A stretch of DNA of 64,000 nt from NCBI GenBank assembly GCA_964628515.1, contig CAZVNZ010000010.1, positions 22,190-86,189 on the forward strand, written 5' to 3'. Source of the stretch: an uncultured Christensenellaceae bacterium. GTDB taxonomy: Bacteria > Bacillota > Clostridia > Christensenellales > Christensenellaceae. Below the pieces are notes generated by a model. It ran no database searches. It was given only the letters and a program-made list of their open reading frames with translations, and was not told the DNA's origin. Positions within the stretch are counted from its first letter, which is position 1, and each line of letters starts with the position of its first letter. Both the position numbers and the translations under genes were made by a program. Positions 55,144-64,000 of this stretch are shown piece by piece.

Positions 55144-57678
55144 ATGTTAGGTAAATTAAAAAACAGATTTTTAGTTATGATAGTGCTTATATGCACGGTA
55201 TTTGTTGTACTTTGCGCCCAACTTGGAGATTTAACCTTGGCAAAAGGGGGGGATTTTGCAGGTACTGCGGATGTAAGAAAACAAAGAACGCTGGCACAAA
55301 AAGGCGCAAGAGGGCAAATTTTGGATGCAACGGGGATACCCTTAGCTTACGACCAAAACAGCTTTAACGTGGAGCTGGTAAGAGACCCATCCAAAAATAC
55401 ACCCACAGATAAAGCCTATTACACAGACGTTATAGCACAAACGGTAAAAATTATTGAGGCAAACGAGGGGGAAATTGCAAATAAATTTGCAATTTTGCGC
55501 ACCAACGACGGCTCTTTTGCTTTCGATTTTGGTATAACCAACAAAGAGGATATTGCAAAACGGGAGAAAAACTGGCGTAAAAATATGTTTGTTTCGGAAA
55601 AATCCACCCCCGATGTAATTTACAGAGATTTACGTAACAGATACAGAATACCCGAAGAAATGCCCTACGAGGAAGCAATCAAGGTGCTTGGCATATGGCA
55701 GGATATTCAGCTTTCCAGCTATCGTGCCTTTATCCCCATTGTTATAGCAAGAAATGTGGATATGCAAACGGTTGCGGAAATAGAATCCAAAAGCGATATT
55801 TTAGACGGTGTACAAATTTCCGAGGCAAGTATGCGTATTTATCCCAAAGATGATGTAGCCGCTCATATTATAGGCTATATGGGTAAAATGACGGATAAAG
55901 ATATAATAGAGGAGTACGAAAGCAGAGGGTACAGCTCCGAGGACTTAGTGGGAGTTTCCGGCATAGAAAGCAGTATGGAGCAGTATCTTACGGGTAACTC
56001 CAAGGAAAAACAGGGCATCAGAAAGGTGGAGGTAAACAGTAGCGGTAAGGTTATAAAAGACTTAGACTACACCCCTCCAAAATCGGGAGACAGCGTAATG
56101 CTAACCATAGATTTAGGCTTGCAAATGGTTGCAGAGCAAGCGTTAAAGAAAAACGTGGAAAGTATAGGGCAAATGTGGCAGGAGCAATATCTTAAAGATA
56201 AAGCAAAATATGACGAGCAATACGCCACCAGAGACCCAAAATTTTCTAACAGCGGAGCGGCGGTGGTTATGGATGTAAACTCGGGTAAAGTGCTTGCAAT
56301 GGCAAACTACCCTTCTTACGATATTAATATATTTACCAACGGTATTTCCGCAAGCGACTTTAACGAGATTAAAAACACCGAGGGTAGCCCCTTATTTAAT
56401 AAAGCAATAGCATCAAAGGGTATACCCGGCTCTATATTTAAGTTGGTAACAGGGCTTGCCGGCTTAAGCGAGGGGGTAATAACACCCACAGAAACCATTA
56501 CGGATTTAGGGCCTTACGACAAATACGTAAAAGAAGCCAACCCGGGAGAGATTACAGGCAGCGAGTTTAAAGCCCCTGCATGTTGGGCGCATCCGGATGT
56601 AAGCGCTCATGCCAATTTGGATATTCACGATGCACTAAAGGTTAGCTGTAACTACTACTTTTTTGAAACGGCGGACAGGCTTGGAATAGATAAACTTAAT
56701 TATTGGTCGGACAGCTTTGGGCTTACATCTCTTACAAACATAGAGCTTGCAGGGGAGTACGCCGGGCAGGTGGGTAACCCTGCCGTGCTTTACAACGGAG
56801 ACAACCCTCTAAACAAGCAAAAAACGGATTTGCCTACTTTGGTAAAAAACTCCATAGCAAGGCTTTTGGAAAAATACGGCAAGGAGAGAGGGGTAAAATA
56901 CAAAGATGCCCAAATAGAGCAAGCGGCGCAAGAGCTTGTTGCCCTTGCAAAGAAAAACACCACTCAAATTGGTCCGGAAATACGTACAATTTTAAGCGAG
57001 CAGTTGGAAATTCCAGAAACCATCACCAAACGTAACGGTTGGGAAAACGATATTGCAGGATATATTGCAGATTTAATTTGGAATCCCACACGTACTGTTA
57101 ATACAGGCATTGGAGTAGGCATTACCGCAATTACGCCCATTGCCACCGCAAGATACGTAAGCGCCATTGCAAATGAGGGCACGGTTTACGATGCACGCCT
57201 TGTAGACAGAATAATAGACGAAAACGGAGACGTAATAGAGCAAAAGGAAAGCACCGTTTTTAATAAGATTGATCAACCGGCGGAGTATTTTCAAGATATT
57301 AAAGAGGGTATGAGACGCATGGTTGCGGAAGGCAACGCAAAGCAGTTTTTTGAGGATTTTAAATATAAAGACAATATGGCAGGCAAAACGGGAACAGGCA
57401 AGGTAAACAAAATAGATTTGGATAACAATGCTTGGTTTGTAGCGTATGCCCCTTTGGAAAATCCGGAAATTGCTGTGGTGGTGTACATACCCACAGGTAT
57501 TGCAGGGTCTAACGCTATACCTACTGCAAAGGAAATTATAGGCTACTATTTAGGGCAAAAGGAAAAGGAAGATGTAGCGGTGCTACCCTCGCCAAACACC
57601 TTAGTAGTGCCAAAAGAGGACTTGGCATTAGTGGAAGAAACAAAGAACGATACACCCTTAGCGGTTATTGCGGATTAA
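55144..57678 (+). CDS. mrdA: penicillin-binding protein 2 (class B, elongasome transpeptidase), long form with inserts
   Basis: 844 aa with N-terminal TM. Motifs SIFK (SxxK), SCN (KVSCNYY) and KTGT (AGKTGTGK). Located in the mreCD-minCDE-rodA cluster. Confidence 0.85.
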   Translation: MLGKLKNRFLVMIVLICTVFVVLCAQLGDLTLAKGGDFAGTADVRKQRTLAQKGARGQILDATGIPLAYDQNSFNVELVRDPSKNTPTDKAYYTDVIAQTVKIIEANEGEIANKFAILRTNDGSFAFDFGITNKEDIAKREKNWRKNMFVSEKSTPDVIYRDLRNRYRIPEEMPYEEAIKVLGIWQDIQLSSYRAFIPIVIARNVDMQTVAEIESKSDILDGVQISEASMRIYPKDDVAAHIIGYMGKMTDKDIIEEYESRGYSSEDLVGVSGIESSMEQYLTGNSKEKQGIRKVEVNSSGKVIKDLDYTPPKSGDSVMLTIDLGLQMVAEQALKKNVESIGQMWQEQYLKDKAKYDEQYATRDPKFSNSGAAVVMDVNSGKVLAMANYPSYDINIFTNGISASDFNEIKNTEGSPLFNKAIASKGIPGSIFKLVTGLAGLSEGVITPTETITDLGPYDKYVKEANPGEITGSEFKAPACWAHPDVSAHANLDIHDALKVSCNYYFFETADRLGIDKLNYWSDSFGLTSLTNIELAGEYAGQVGNPAVLYNGDNPLNKQKTDLPTLVKNSIARLLEKYGKERGVKYKDAQIEQAAQELVALAKKNTTQIGPEIRTILSEQLEIPETITKRNGWENDIAGYIADLIWNPTRTVNTGIGVGITAITPIATARYVSAIANEGTVYDARLVDRIIDENGDVIEQKESTVFNKIDQPAEYFQDIKEGMRRMVAEGNAKQFFEDFKYKDNMAGKTGTGKVNKIDLDNNAWFVAYAPLENPEIAVVVYIPTGIAGSNAIPTAKEIIGYYLGQKEKEDVAVLPSPNTLVVPKEDLALVEETKNDTPLAVIAD

Positions 57679-57772
57679 AAAAATTTGCTAACAAGGCAAA
57701 TTTGTAATATAATTGAATATGAATTTATATATTACAAAATAACAATTTATAGTTTATAAAACAGTAAAAACT

Positions 57773-58441
57773 ATGTTAAACGGGGGAATATTAGTGGGAG
57801 ATATTGTAAGCATAAAAGGCAGAGAATACGGGCTTGAGATTGTACTTAACCCAAAAGCCACATATCCTGTATTAAGAGAGGAATTAATGCAGAAACTTCA
57901 GAAAAACAAAGCCTTTTTTTCTGACAGCGAAACAAAAGTGGCAATACTGGGCAAAAAACTGTCGGATGCCCAAAAAAACGAAATTAAAAGGGTATTTGCA
58001 ATGGATTTTGGCATAAAGGACGTAATTTTTGAAGAAGTACCCTCCCATAAAAAGGAAGTAGAGCAAAAGGCGCAAAAGGAAGAAAAACCGCCTCTTGTAG
58101 AGCGCAAAACACAGGAAGCCACGGCAGAATCCATATTTATAAACAATACCATAAGGAGCGGTCAGCGTATAGAAAGCGAAGGGGATATTGTTGTAGTGGG
58201 GGACGTAAACCCGGGAGGCGAGGTAATAGCCGCAGGAAGCATTGCGGTATTTGGCAAACTTAGAGGGCTGGTACACGCAGGTTGCTTTGGCAGAACGGAC
58301 GTATGCGTGGCGGCGGTTGTTATGTGCCCCAAGCAGTTAAGAATTTCAGGAAGGGTAATTTCCTTTCCTAAAGACAGAGAATCCACGGGGCCGGAAGTGG
58401 CGGAGCTGGTTTCGGGCAAGCTGGTAATAAGACCATGTTAG
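57773..58441 (+). CDS. minC: septum site-determining protein MinC
   Basis: 222 aa. The C-terminal beta-helix region GDIVVVGDVNPGGEVIAAGSIAVFGKLRGLVHAG is the MinC_C signature. Confidence 0.85.
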   Translation: MLNGGILVGDIVSIKGREYGLEIVLNPKATYPVLREELMQKLQKNKAFFSDSETKVAILGKKLSDAQKNEIKRVFAMDFGIKDVIFEEVPSHKKEVEQKAQKEEKPPLVERKTQEATAESIFINNTIRSGQRIESEGDIVVVGDVNPGGEVIAAGSIAVFGKLRGLVHAGCFGRTDVCVAAVVMCPKQLRISGRVISFPKDRESTGPEVAELVSGKLVIRPC

Positions 58442-58472
58442 CAGATAATATTAGTGAGTTTGAGAGGTATAT

Positions 58473-59264
58473 ATGGAAAAAGTAATAGTAATTACATCCG
58501 GAAAAGGCGGTGTGGGCAAAACCACATCCACGGCAAACATAGGCACGGGGCTTGCCCTTGCAGGCAAAAAAGTTGTGCTTATAGATACAGATATTGGGCT
58601 TAGAAACTTAGATGTGGTTTTGGGCTTGGAAAACAGAATAGTCTACGATTTGGTAGATGTAGTGGAAGGAAATTGCAAGCTAAAGCAAGCGCTTATTAAA
58701 GACAAACGCTACGACGGACTGCATCTTTTGCCGGCGGCGCAAACGAGGAACAAAATGGCGGTTTCTCCCGAGCAAATGAAGGCGCTTGTAGAAGAAATAG
58801 AGCAGGATTTCGATTATATTTTAATAGATTGCCCGGCAGGTATAGAGCGTGGTTTTAAAAACGCAATAGCAGGCGCAAAAGCGGCAATAGTGGTAACAGT
58901 ACCCGAGGTTTCCTCCGTAAGAGATGCAGATAGGATTATAGGTCTGCTTTCGGCGGCGGAAATAGACAACGTAAAACTGCTGATAAACAGACTGCGTCCC
59001 GACCTTGTAAAAAGGGGGGATATGCTTGCCATAGACGATACACTTGAAATATTAGGGATAGACTTAATTGGTGTAATACCGGAAGATGAGCGTATTTTTC
59101 GCTCCTCTAACTTAGGAGAGCCGGCAGTAACAGACGAAAGCTCCTCTGCCGGAGAGGCATACAGAAACGTAACACGTCGAATAATGGGCGAGGACGTGCC
59201 AATGCTTAATTTAGAACAAAGCAGCGGATTTTTCTCTAAGCTAAAAAAATTCTTTACTAAGTAG
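58473..59264 (+). CDS. minD: septum site-determining ATPase MinD
   Basis: 263 aa. The deviant Walker A TSGKGGVGKTT is present, with a C-terminal amphipathic helix ...SGFFSKLKKFF. Confidence 0.9.
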   Translation: MEKVIVITSGKGGVGKTTSTANIGTGLALAGKKVVLIDTDIGLRNLDVVLGLENRIVYDLVDVVEGNCKLKQALIKDKRYDGLHLLPAAQTRNKMAVSPEQMKALVEEIEQDFDYILIDCPAGIERGFKNAIAGAKAAIVVTVPEVSSVRDADRIIGLLSAAEIDNVKLLINRLRPDLVKRGDMLAIDDTLEILGIDLIGVIPEDERIFRSSNLGEPAVTDESSSAGEAYRNVTRRIMGEDVPMLNLEQSSGFFSKLKKFFTK

Positions 59265-59273
59265 GAGGCGGTT

Positions 59274-59558
59274 ATGGGTTGGTTTTCAAACAAGAAAAAA
59301 AGTAGCCAGGTTGCAAAAGACAGGCTAAAACTTGTGCTTATCTACGACAGGGCAGGCACTACCTCCAATAACGATATGATAAACATGATGAAAAAAGACA
59401 TTATGCAGGTAATATCCAAATATGTGGAGATAGACGAGCAGGAATTTGAAATAGATTTGAGGAGCGTGCAAAACGAAGAGGAAGGAATAACTTCTCAACT
59501 GATTGCTAACATACCCATTAAAAAGATTAAGCAGATGATGAGAAACACAAATAATTAA
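59274..59558 (+). CDS. minE: cell division topological specificity factor MinE
   Basis: 94 aa. N-terminus ...KDRLKLVLIYDRAG... is the MinE signature. Confidence 0.85.
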   Translation: MGWFSNKKKSSQVAKDRLKLVLIYDRAGTTSNNDMINMMKKDIMQVISKYVEIDEQEFEIDLRSVQNEEEGITSQLIANIPIKKIKQMMRNTNN

Positions 59559-60727
59559 TGAAACTTAGAATATACAACAAGAATATGTGGAAATACTTCG
59601 ACTGGATATTAATAATATTAATATTTATGTTGGTGGGCTATGGGCTTGTTTCCATAATTAACGTAACCGCAAGCCCCTTTACGGGGGACGAGCACACATT
59701 TGCAGAAATATATGCCAATTTAAACTTAGAATCCGCAGGCTATCAGGTAATATTCTTTTTGGTAGGCTTGGGTGTAATGTTTGGGGTAATGTTTATAGAT
59801 TACTCCAACATGAAGCATTTTGTAGACTACATTTACTGGGTTTGTATAGCCTTGCTTGTTATTGTGCTTTTGTACGGCTCGGAGCAACGTGGTACAAAAG
59901 GCTGGTTTATGATTGGAGACAGAGGGTTTCAACCGGCGGAGTTTGGCAAAATCGCAATAATTTTGGTGCTTGCAAAATGCCTGTCTTTAAAAACAGAGGG
60001 GCACGAAAACGGCATAACCCAATTTAAAGACGCTCTGCCTGCACTTTGGAGGGTGGCATTGCCTGTTGTGCTTATTATGCTGCAACCCGACTTCGGCACG
60101 GCAATGGTATACATTTTTATTTGCGTTATACTGCTGTTTATGTCCAAAACAAGTTGGAAGGTATTTTTAATACTGATAGTGGCGGCGGCAGTTCTACTGC
60201 CTATTATATGGTTTACTATGGAAGATTGGCAACGAACACGTATTTTTACCTTTTTAGACCCAAACTACGGTACACAAGGGGAGGGCTTGCAAGTAGAGCA
60301 GGCAAAAATGGCGGTAGGCTCCGGACAAATGTTTGGCAAGGGCTTGTTTGCACCGGGCTCTCTTTCTCAATTAGACTATGTGCCCGAAAAACACAACGAC
60401 TTTATTTTTGCTGTAACGGTGGAGGCTTTCGGCTTTTTTGGCGGTTTTCTCGTTATTCTTTTATACGCACTTTTGTGCATACGTACCTTTATGCTCTCAC
60501 TTAGGGCAAAGGACGATTTTGGCGCATATATAATAATAGGCGTAATGGCGATGACTATGTTTCACGTATTTGAAAATATAGGTATGAACATTGGTGTACT
60601 GCCGGTTACAGGCATACCACTACCGTTTTTTAGCTACGGAGGTTCCAACATGATTGCCAACTGCATTGCCTTTGGCATGGTACTTAGTGTGGACATTCGC
60701 CGTCAACGGTGGCAGGAAAGCAAGTAA
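59558..60727 (+). CDS. rodA: SEDS-family peptidoglycan glycosyltransferase RodA (FtsW/RodA/SpoVE family)
   Basis: 389 aa with about 10 TM. The conserved motifs are ...QPAEFGKIAIIL... and ...PVTGIPLPFFSYGGSNMIAN. The location after minE is the usual rodA position in Firmicutes. Confidence 0.85.
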   Translation: MKLRIYNKNMWKYFDWILIILIFMLVGYGLVSIINVTASPFTGDEHTFAEIYANLNLESAGYQVIFFLVGLGVMFGVMFIDYSNMKHFVDYIYWVCIALLVIVLLYGSEQRGTKGWFMIGDRGFQPAEFGKIAIILVLAKCLSLKTEGHENGITQFKDALPALWRVALPVVLIMLQPDFGTAMVYIFICVILLFMSKTSWKVFLILIVAAAVLLPIIWFTMEDWQRTRIFTFLDPNYGTQGEGLQVEQAKMAVGSGQMFGKGLFAPGSLSQLDYVPEKHNDFIFAVTVEAFGFFGGFLVILLYALLCIRTFMLSLRAKDDFGAYIIIGVMAMTMFHVFENIGMNIGVLPVTGIPLPFFSYGGSNMIANCIAFGMVLSVDIRRQRWQESK

Positions 60728-60782
60728 ACGCAGTAGCTTAATTATCATCACAATAAAAAAACAGCAGGTAAGAGAGGGTACA

Positions 60783-62612
60783 TTGGATATATTAAAAAAT
60801 GTGGAAAAACCGGGTAGGTACACGGGCGGAGAGCTTAACAGCGTGTACAAAGAGAATGCAAAGATAAATTTTGCTTTGTGTTTTGCAGATGTGTACGAGG
60901 TGGGCATGAGCCATTTGGGTATTGGAATTTTGTACGAAACCCTAAATGCGTATAAGGATATTTATGCACAACGGGTGTTTTGTCCCTGGGTAGATATGTT
61001 AGAGGAGCTTGTGGCAACAAATATGCCCCTAACCTCTTTAGAGCAAGGCGTGCCCTTAAAAGATTTTGATATAGTAGGCATAAATTTATCCTACGAAATG
61101 TGCTACACAAACGTACTTGTAATGTTGGATGCAGGCAAAATTCCCTTGCTTGCCAAGGATAGAGCGGAGGATTTCCCCATAATTGTAGGGGGCGGTGCTT
61201 GTACGGTAAACCCTGAACCTTTAGCGGATTTTTTTGATATTTTCGTAATAGGCGAGGGGGAGGAAGTCTCGGTAAAGCTGTGTGAAACCTACATCACCCA
61301 TAAAGAAAAAGGCTTTAACAAAGGGGATTTTTTAGAGGATGTCGCTCAAATCAGAGGGGTGTACGTGCCCTCCTTATATAATGTGGAATATAACGAGGAC
61401 AGCACCGTAAAATGTGTAACGCCCACTAAAAATGCGCCAAGCAGGGTAAAAAAATGCTTTATAGAGGATTTTGAACATATTAAAAGCGTAACTAAGCCTG
61501 TGCTACCTTATATTTCGGTAATTCATGACAGATGCGTGACGGAAATTATGCGTGGCTGCTCTAACGGTTGCAGGTTTTGTCAGGCAGGGTATATTATGCG
61601 CCCTGTACGCACAAAAAGTATGGCGGAAGTTAAATCCAACATTAAAAAGGTAATAGAAGCCACAGGCTACGAAGAAATTTCCCTATCCTCCCTTTCGGCA
61701 GGGGATTACCCTCAAATAAGCGAGCTTGTGTGGGATTTAATAGAGGAGTACAAAGACAAAAAGGTTTCGGTATCTCTACCATCTATGCGTATGGATAACT
61801 ATATGGAAAAGCTATCCGAAGCACTTCAGCAAATACGCAAAACAGGGCTAACCTTTGCGCCGGAGGCAGGCAGTCAGCATTTAAGGGATATTATAAACAA
61901 AAACATAACAGAAGAAGAAATTTTAAGCACGGTAAAAAAAGCGTTTGAGAGTGGCGTAAACAGCGTAAAGCTTTATTTTATGATTGGCTTGCCAAACGAA
62001 AAACAGGAAGATTTAGAAGAAATTGTAAGCCTTGTTAAAAAAATTAAAGAGGCTTTTTACGATACACCCAAAGAAAAACGTAGCGGTTACTTAAATATTA
62101 CGGTAAGCGCCTCTAACTTTGTGCCAAAAGCAAACACCCCATTTATGTGGGAGGGGCAGGACACCATAGAAAGTTTTAAGGAAAAACAGCGGTATTTAAA
62201 GGAAAATTTGCGTATTAAAGGCATAAAATTCAACTACCACGATGCATACACAAGCTACCTTGAAAGTGTGTTTGCAAGAGGGGACAGACGGCTTTCTAAG
62301 GTTATTTTAACCGCCTATAATAAAGGGGCAAAATTTGACGCATGGAGGGAGTTTTTCTCCTTTAACACATATAAAGAAGCGTTTTTGGAATGTGGCATAG
62401 ACCCACAATTTTACGCAAACAGAGTAAGAAGTGAGGCGGAAGTTTTCCCCTTCGAGCACATAGATTACCTTGTAAGCAAGGAATTTTTACTTAAAGAAAA
62501 GGAAAAAGCCAAACAAGCCATAACCACAAAAGACTGTTTTGAGCAATGTTGCGGTTGCGGTTTGCAAAAAGAAGGGTGTAGGAAAGGAGCAAGCTATGAG
62601 GGTGCTAATTAA
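60783..62612 (+). CDS. B12-binding-domain radical SAM protein (TIGR03960-like, conserved partner of TIGR03936)
   Basis: I placed the start at TTG 60783 (RBS aggtaagagaggg), giving MDILKNVEKPGRYTGGELNSV, the characteristic N-terminus of this family. The track ORF's upstream extension overlaps rodA and is rejected. A radical SAM cysteine triad lies in ...MRGCSNGCRFCQAGY... Confidence 0.75.
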   Translation: MDILKNVEKPGRYTGGELNSVYKENAKINFALCFADVYEVGMSHLGIGILYETLNAYKDIYAQRVFCPWVDMLEELVATNMPLTSLEQGVPLKDFDIVGINLSYEMCYTNVLVMLDAGKIPLLAKDRAEDFPIIVGGGACTVNPEPLADFFDIFVIGEGEEVSVKLCETYITHKEKGFNKGDFLEDVAQIRGVYVPSLYNVEYNEDSTVKCVTPTKNAPSRVKKCFIEDFEHIKSVTKPVLPYISVIHDRCVTEIMRGCSNGCRFCQAGYIMRPVRTKSMAEVKSNIKKVIEATGYEEISLSSLSAGDYPQISELVWDLIEEYKDKKVSVSLPSMRMDNYMEKLSEALQQIRKTGLTFAPEAGSQHLRDIINKNITEEEILSTVKKAFESGVNSVKLYFMIGLPNEKQEDLEEIVSLVKKIKEAFYDTPKEKRSGYLNITVSASNFVPKANTPFMWEGQDTIESFKEKQRYLKENLRIKGIKFNYHDAYTSYLESVFARGDRRLSKVILTAYNKGAKFDAWREFFSFNTYKEAFLECGIDPQFYANRVRSEAEVFPFEHIDYLVSKEFLLKEKEKAKQAITTKDCFEQCCGCGLQKEGCRKGASYEGAN

Positions 62613-63273
62613 ATACGGAAGAGAAAACAGCGCATGCTATATCTCTCATTTAGATATGCAAAGAGCCTTCGGCAGAGCATTCAGACGGGGCAACATAAAG
62701 GTTTTGTACTCGGAAGGGTATAACCCCCACATTAAAATGTCCTTTGCGGCGCCCCTTTCTTTAGGCTACAAAACTTTAGGGGATTACTTAGAGGTTTTTG
62801 TTGATGATGATGAAGAGGTAAGCACTATTATGGCTAAACTAAATAATGTGTTGCCAAAAGATATACGTGTGCAAAATGTGGGAATACTGCCTTTAGATGC
62901 AAAAAAACTCATGGCAATTAATCACAGCGCAGCCTACGAGATAATTTTTATGTGGCAAAATAGCGTGGAATGTGATATTATAAATTCGGCTTTAAATAAA
63001 ATAGAAGACGAAATAAGCAATAAAGGGAGCTACATAACGCAAAACTCCAAGGGTAAGGAAGTGGATATTGCACCCCTTATTATAACAGTTAAGCATAAGG
63101 AGGGGGTAATTACAACCACCTTGGCAAACGGAGAAAAATCCCTAAACCCACGGGTTATTGCAGGAGAAATACTAAAAATAGGCAACCTTAATTTAGAGTA
63201 TACAGTAGTAAGGCTTAATTGCTTTTGCAGTTACAAAGGCAAAATAACAGCATTTGAAAGCATTGCAAAATAA
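62596..63273 (+). CDS. radical-SAM-linked protein (TIGR03936/DUF2344 family)
   Basis: Start ATG 62596 (RBS ggaaaggag), giving MRVLIKYGRENSACYISHLDMQRAFGRAFRRG, which is typical of DUF2344. It overlaps the upstream stop by 17 nt. Confidence 0.75.
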   Translation: MRVLIKYGRENSACYISHLDMQRAFGRAFRRGNIKVLYSEGYNPHIKMSFAAPLSLGYKTLGDYLEVFVDDDEEVSTIMAKLNNVLPKDIRVQNVGILPLDAKKLMAINHSAAYEIIFMWQNSVECDIINSALNKIEDEISNKGSYITQNSKGKEVDIAPLIITVKHKEGVITTTLANGEKSLNPRVIAGEILKIGNLNLEYTVVRLNCFCSYKGKITAFESIAK

Positions 63274-63284
63274 AGGAATATATT

Positions 63285-64000
63285 ATGTTAAAAAGAATTA
63301 TTGCCGACGTTAATGCCCACGAAGCAAGAGTGGCACTGATGGAGGATAAAAACTTAGTAGAAATTCAACTGGAAATGCGTGGAAAAGAAAGGCTTGTAGG
63401 CAATATTTACAAAGGCAGAGTAGCAAACATACTACCGGGAATGCAGGCGGCGTTTATAGATATAGGTTTAGAAAAAAACGCATTTTTATACGCAGGGGAT
63501 ATTTTGTGCGACGAGCAAGACCTTTACTTTGACGAGTTAGGAGAGACGGACGTAATCAAAAAAAAGTTGGATATTCCCAATATTAAGGAGCTTTTAAAGC
63601 AAAATCAGGAAATTATGGTGCAGGTGCTAAAACAGCCGGGTGGAACAAAAGGCGCAAGGGTAACCACACACATCACACTACCGGGAAGGCTTTTGGTGCT
63701 TATGCCCACGGTGGACCACATAGGAGTTTCCAGACGGATTGCAGACGAGAAAACACGAGAAAAGCTAAAGGAATTAATAACCTCCAAAAAACGTAACGAT
63801 GTGGGCGTAATTGTGCGCACGGTAGCAGAACAGGCAACGGAGGAAGAAATAGAAAACGAGCTTAGGTTTTTAATGCGGTTATGGGAAAAAGTACGGGAGA
63901 AAGCGGATTTTTTAACTGCTCCACGCCTAATACACGCAGAGGAAACTTTGCTTTTCAGAACGGTAAGAGATATGTTTACGGTGGATGTAGACGAGTTTGT
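63285..64000 (+). CDS. ribonuclease E/G family protein (Rne/Rng), N-terminal S1 and catalytic domain fragment; 3' end outside the window
   Basis: ATG 63285 after aaagga. The sequence MLKRIIADVNAHEARVALMEDKNLVEIQLEMRGKERLVGNIYKGRVANILPGMQAAFIDIGLEKNAFLY is the conserved S1-domain start of RNase E/G. The reading frame stays open to the window end. Confidence 0.85.
   Translation, partial: MLKRIIADVNAHEARVALMEDKNLVEIQLEMRGKERLVGNIYKGRVANILPGMQAAFIDIGLEKNAFLYAGDILCDEQDLYFDELGETDVIKKKLDIPNIKELLKQNQEIMVQVLKQPGGTKGARVTTHITLPGRLLVLMPTVDHIGVSRRIADEKTREKLKELITSKKRNDVGVIVRTVAEQATEEEIENELRFLMRLWEKVREKADFLTAPRLIHAEETLLFRTVRDMFTVDVDEF

Noticed and set aside
60654-60782. N-terminal extension of the radical SAM ORF overlapping rodA
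   Set aside because: The extension has no RBS and overlaps 74 nt of rodA. The family's conserved N-terminus (VEKPGRYTGGE) begins right after TTG 60783, which has a good RBS.
1-64000. CRISPR arrays, IS elements or transposases, prophage genes, rRNA
   Set aside because: I found none. The only repeats are short (the CACTAAC heptamers, protein-coding low-complexity repeats and the terminator palindromes). No integrase, transposase or direct-repeat/spacer architecture is present.

Overview
This 64 kb window is chromosomal DNA from a low-GC Firmicute, most likely a Clostridia-class organism. Three things point that way: the rnfCDGEAB gene order, a long Bacillus-type SRP RNA with an Alu domain, and a THF riboswitch in front of an ECF folate S-component. 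Genes are densely packed on both strands and the content is mostly housekeeping or accessory-metabolic. I found no transposase, integrase, CRISPR array or rRNA.

Gene content in order:
- Start of window to about 7.4 kb: a carbohydrate ABC transporter (binding-protein tail plus two permeases) with a URO-D-family gene; a MerR/GyrI-like regulator behind a 19-bp-spacer promoter; and a BlaI/BlaR1-like repressor/M56-protease pair whose sensor domain is not a penicillin-binding domain.
- 7.4 to 11.4 kb: tRNA-Ala(GGC); a small acidic EF-hand-like protein convergent on a DUF853 HerA-like ATPase; SRP RNA; Asp23 and AmaP.
- 11.5 to 13.5 kb: a YtrA-type GntR/ABC cassette.
- 13.5 to 19.9 kb: a six-gene nucleotide-sugar operon on the minus strand (PseB, PseC-like DegT aminotransferase, aldo/keto reductase, SpsF-type cytidylyltransferase, class-III aminotransferase, radical SAM/SPASM-like protein).
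- 20 to 24.8 kb: DUF1801; TetR with two flavodoxin-fold proteins; a MerR-ABC2 operon whose permease carries an in-frame amber codon.
- 25 to 37.3 kb: a LytS-family kinase with a winged-helix response regulator and a GNAT-membrane fusion; Gfo/Idh/MocA; an orphan Zn-ribbon hypothetical; flotillin with NfeD; TetR; a MecA_N-type class B PBP; a TIM-barrel sugar isomerase.
- 37.3 to 47 kb: tRNA-Met; prfB without the programmed frameshift but behind a terminator-containing leader; an ABC-F ATPase; a REC/HD-GYP regulator; an S24-peptidase repressor with a Y-family polymerase and a YolD-like gene; BioY; a THF riboswitch with FolT; a small Zn-ribbon protein and a membrane protein.
- 47.3 to 52.8 kb: rnfCDGEAB.
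- 52.9 kb to end: maf-mreC-mreD-mrdA-minCDE-rodA; a conserved radical-SAM pair (TIGR03960/TIGR03936-like); the 5' part of RNase E/G.

Beyond the genes, a short motif with the core ATCATCAC(C/A)ATAAAA recurs in at least seven intergenic spots, mostly 8-17 nt past stop codons.
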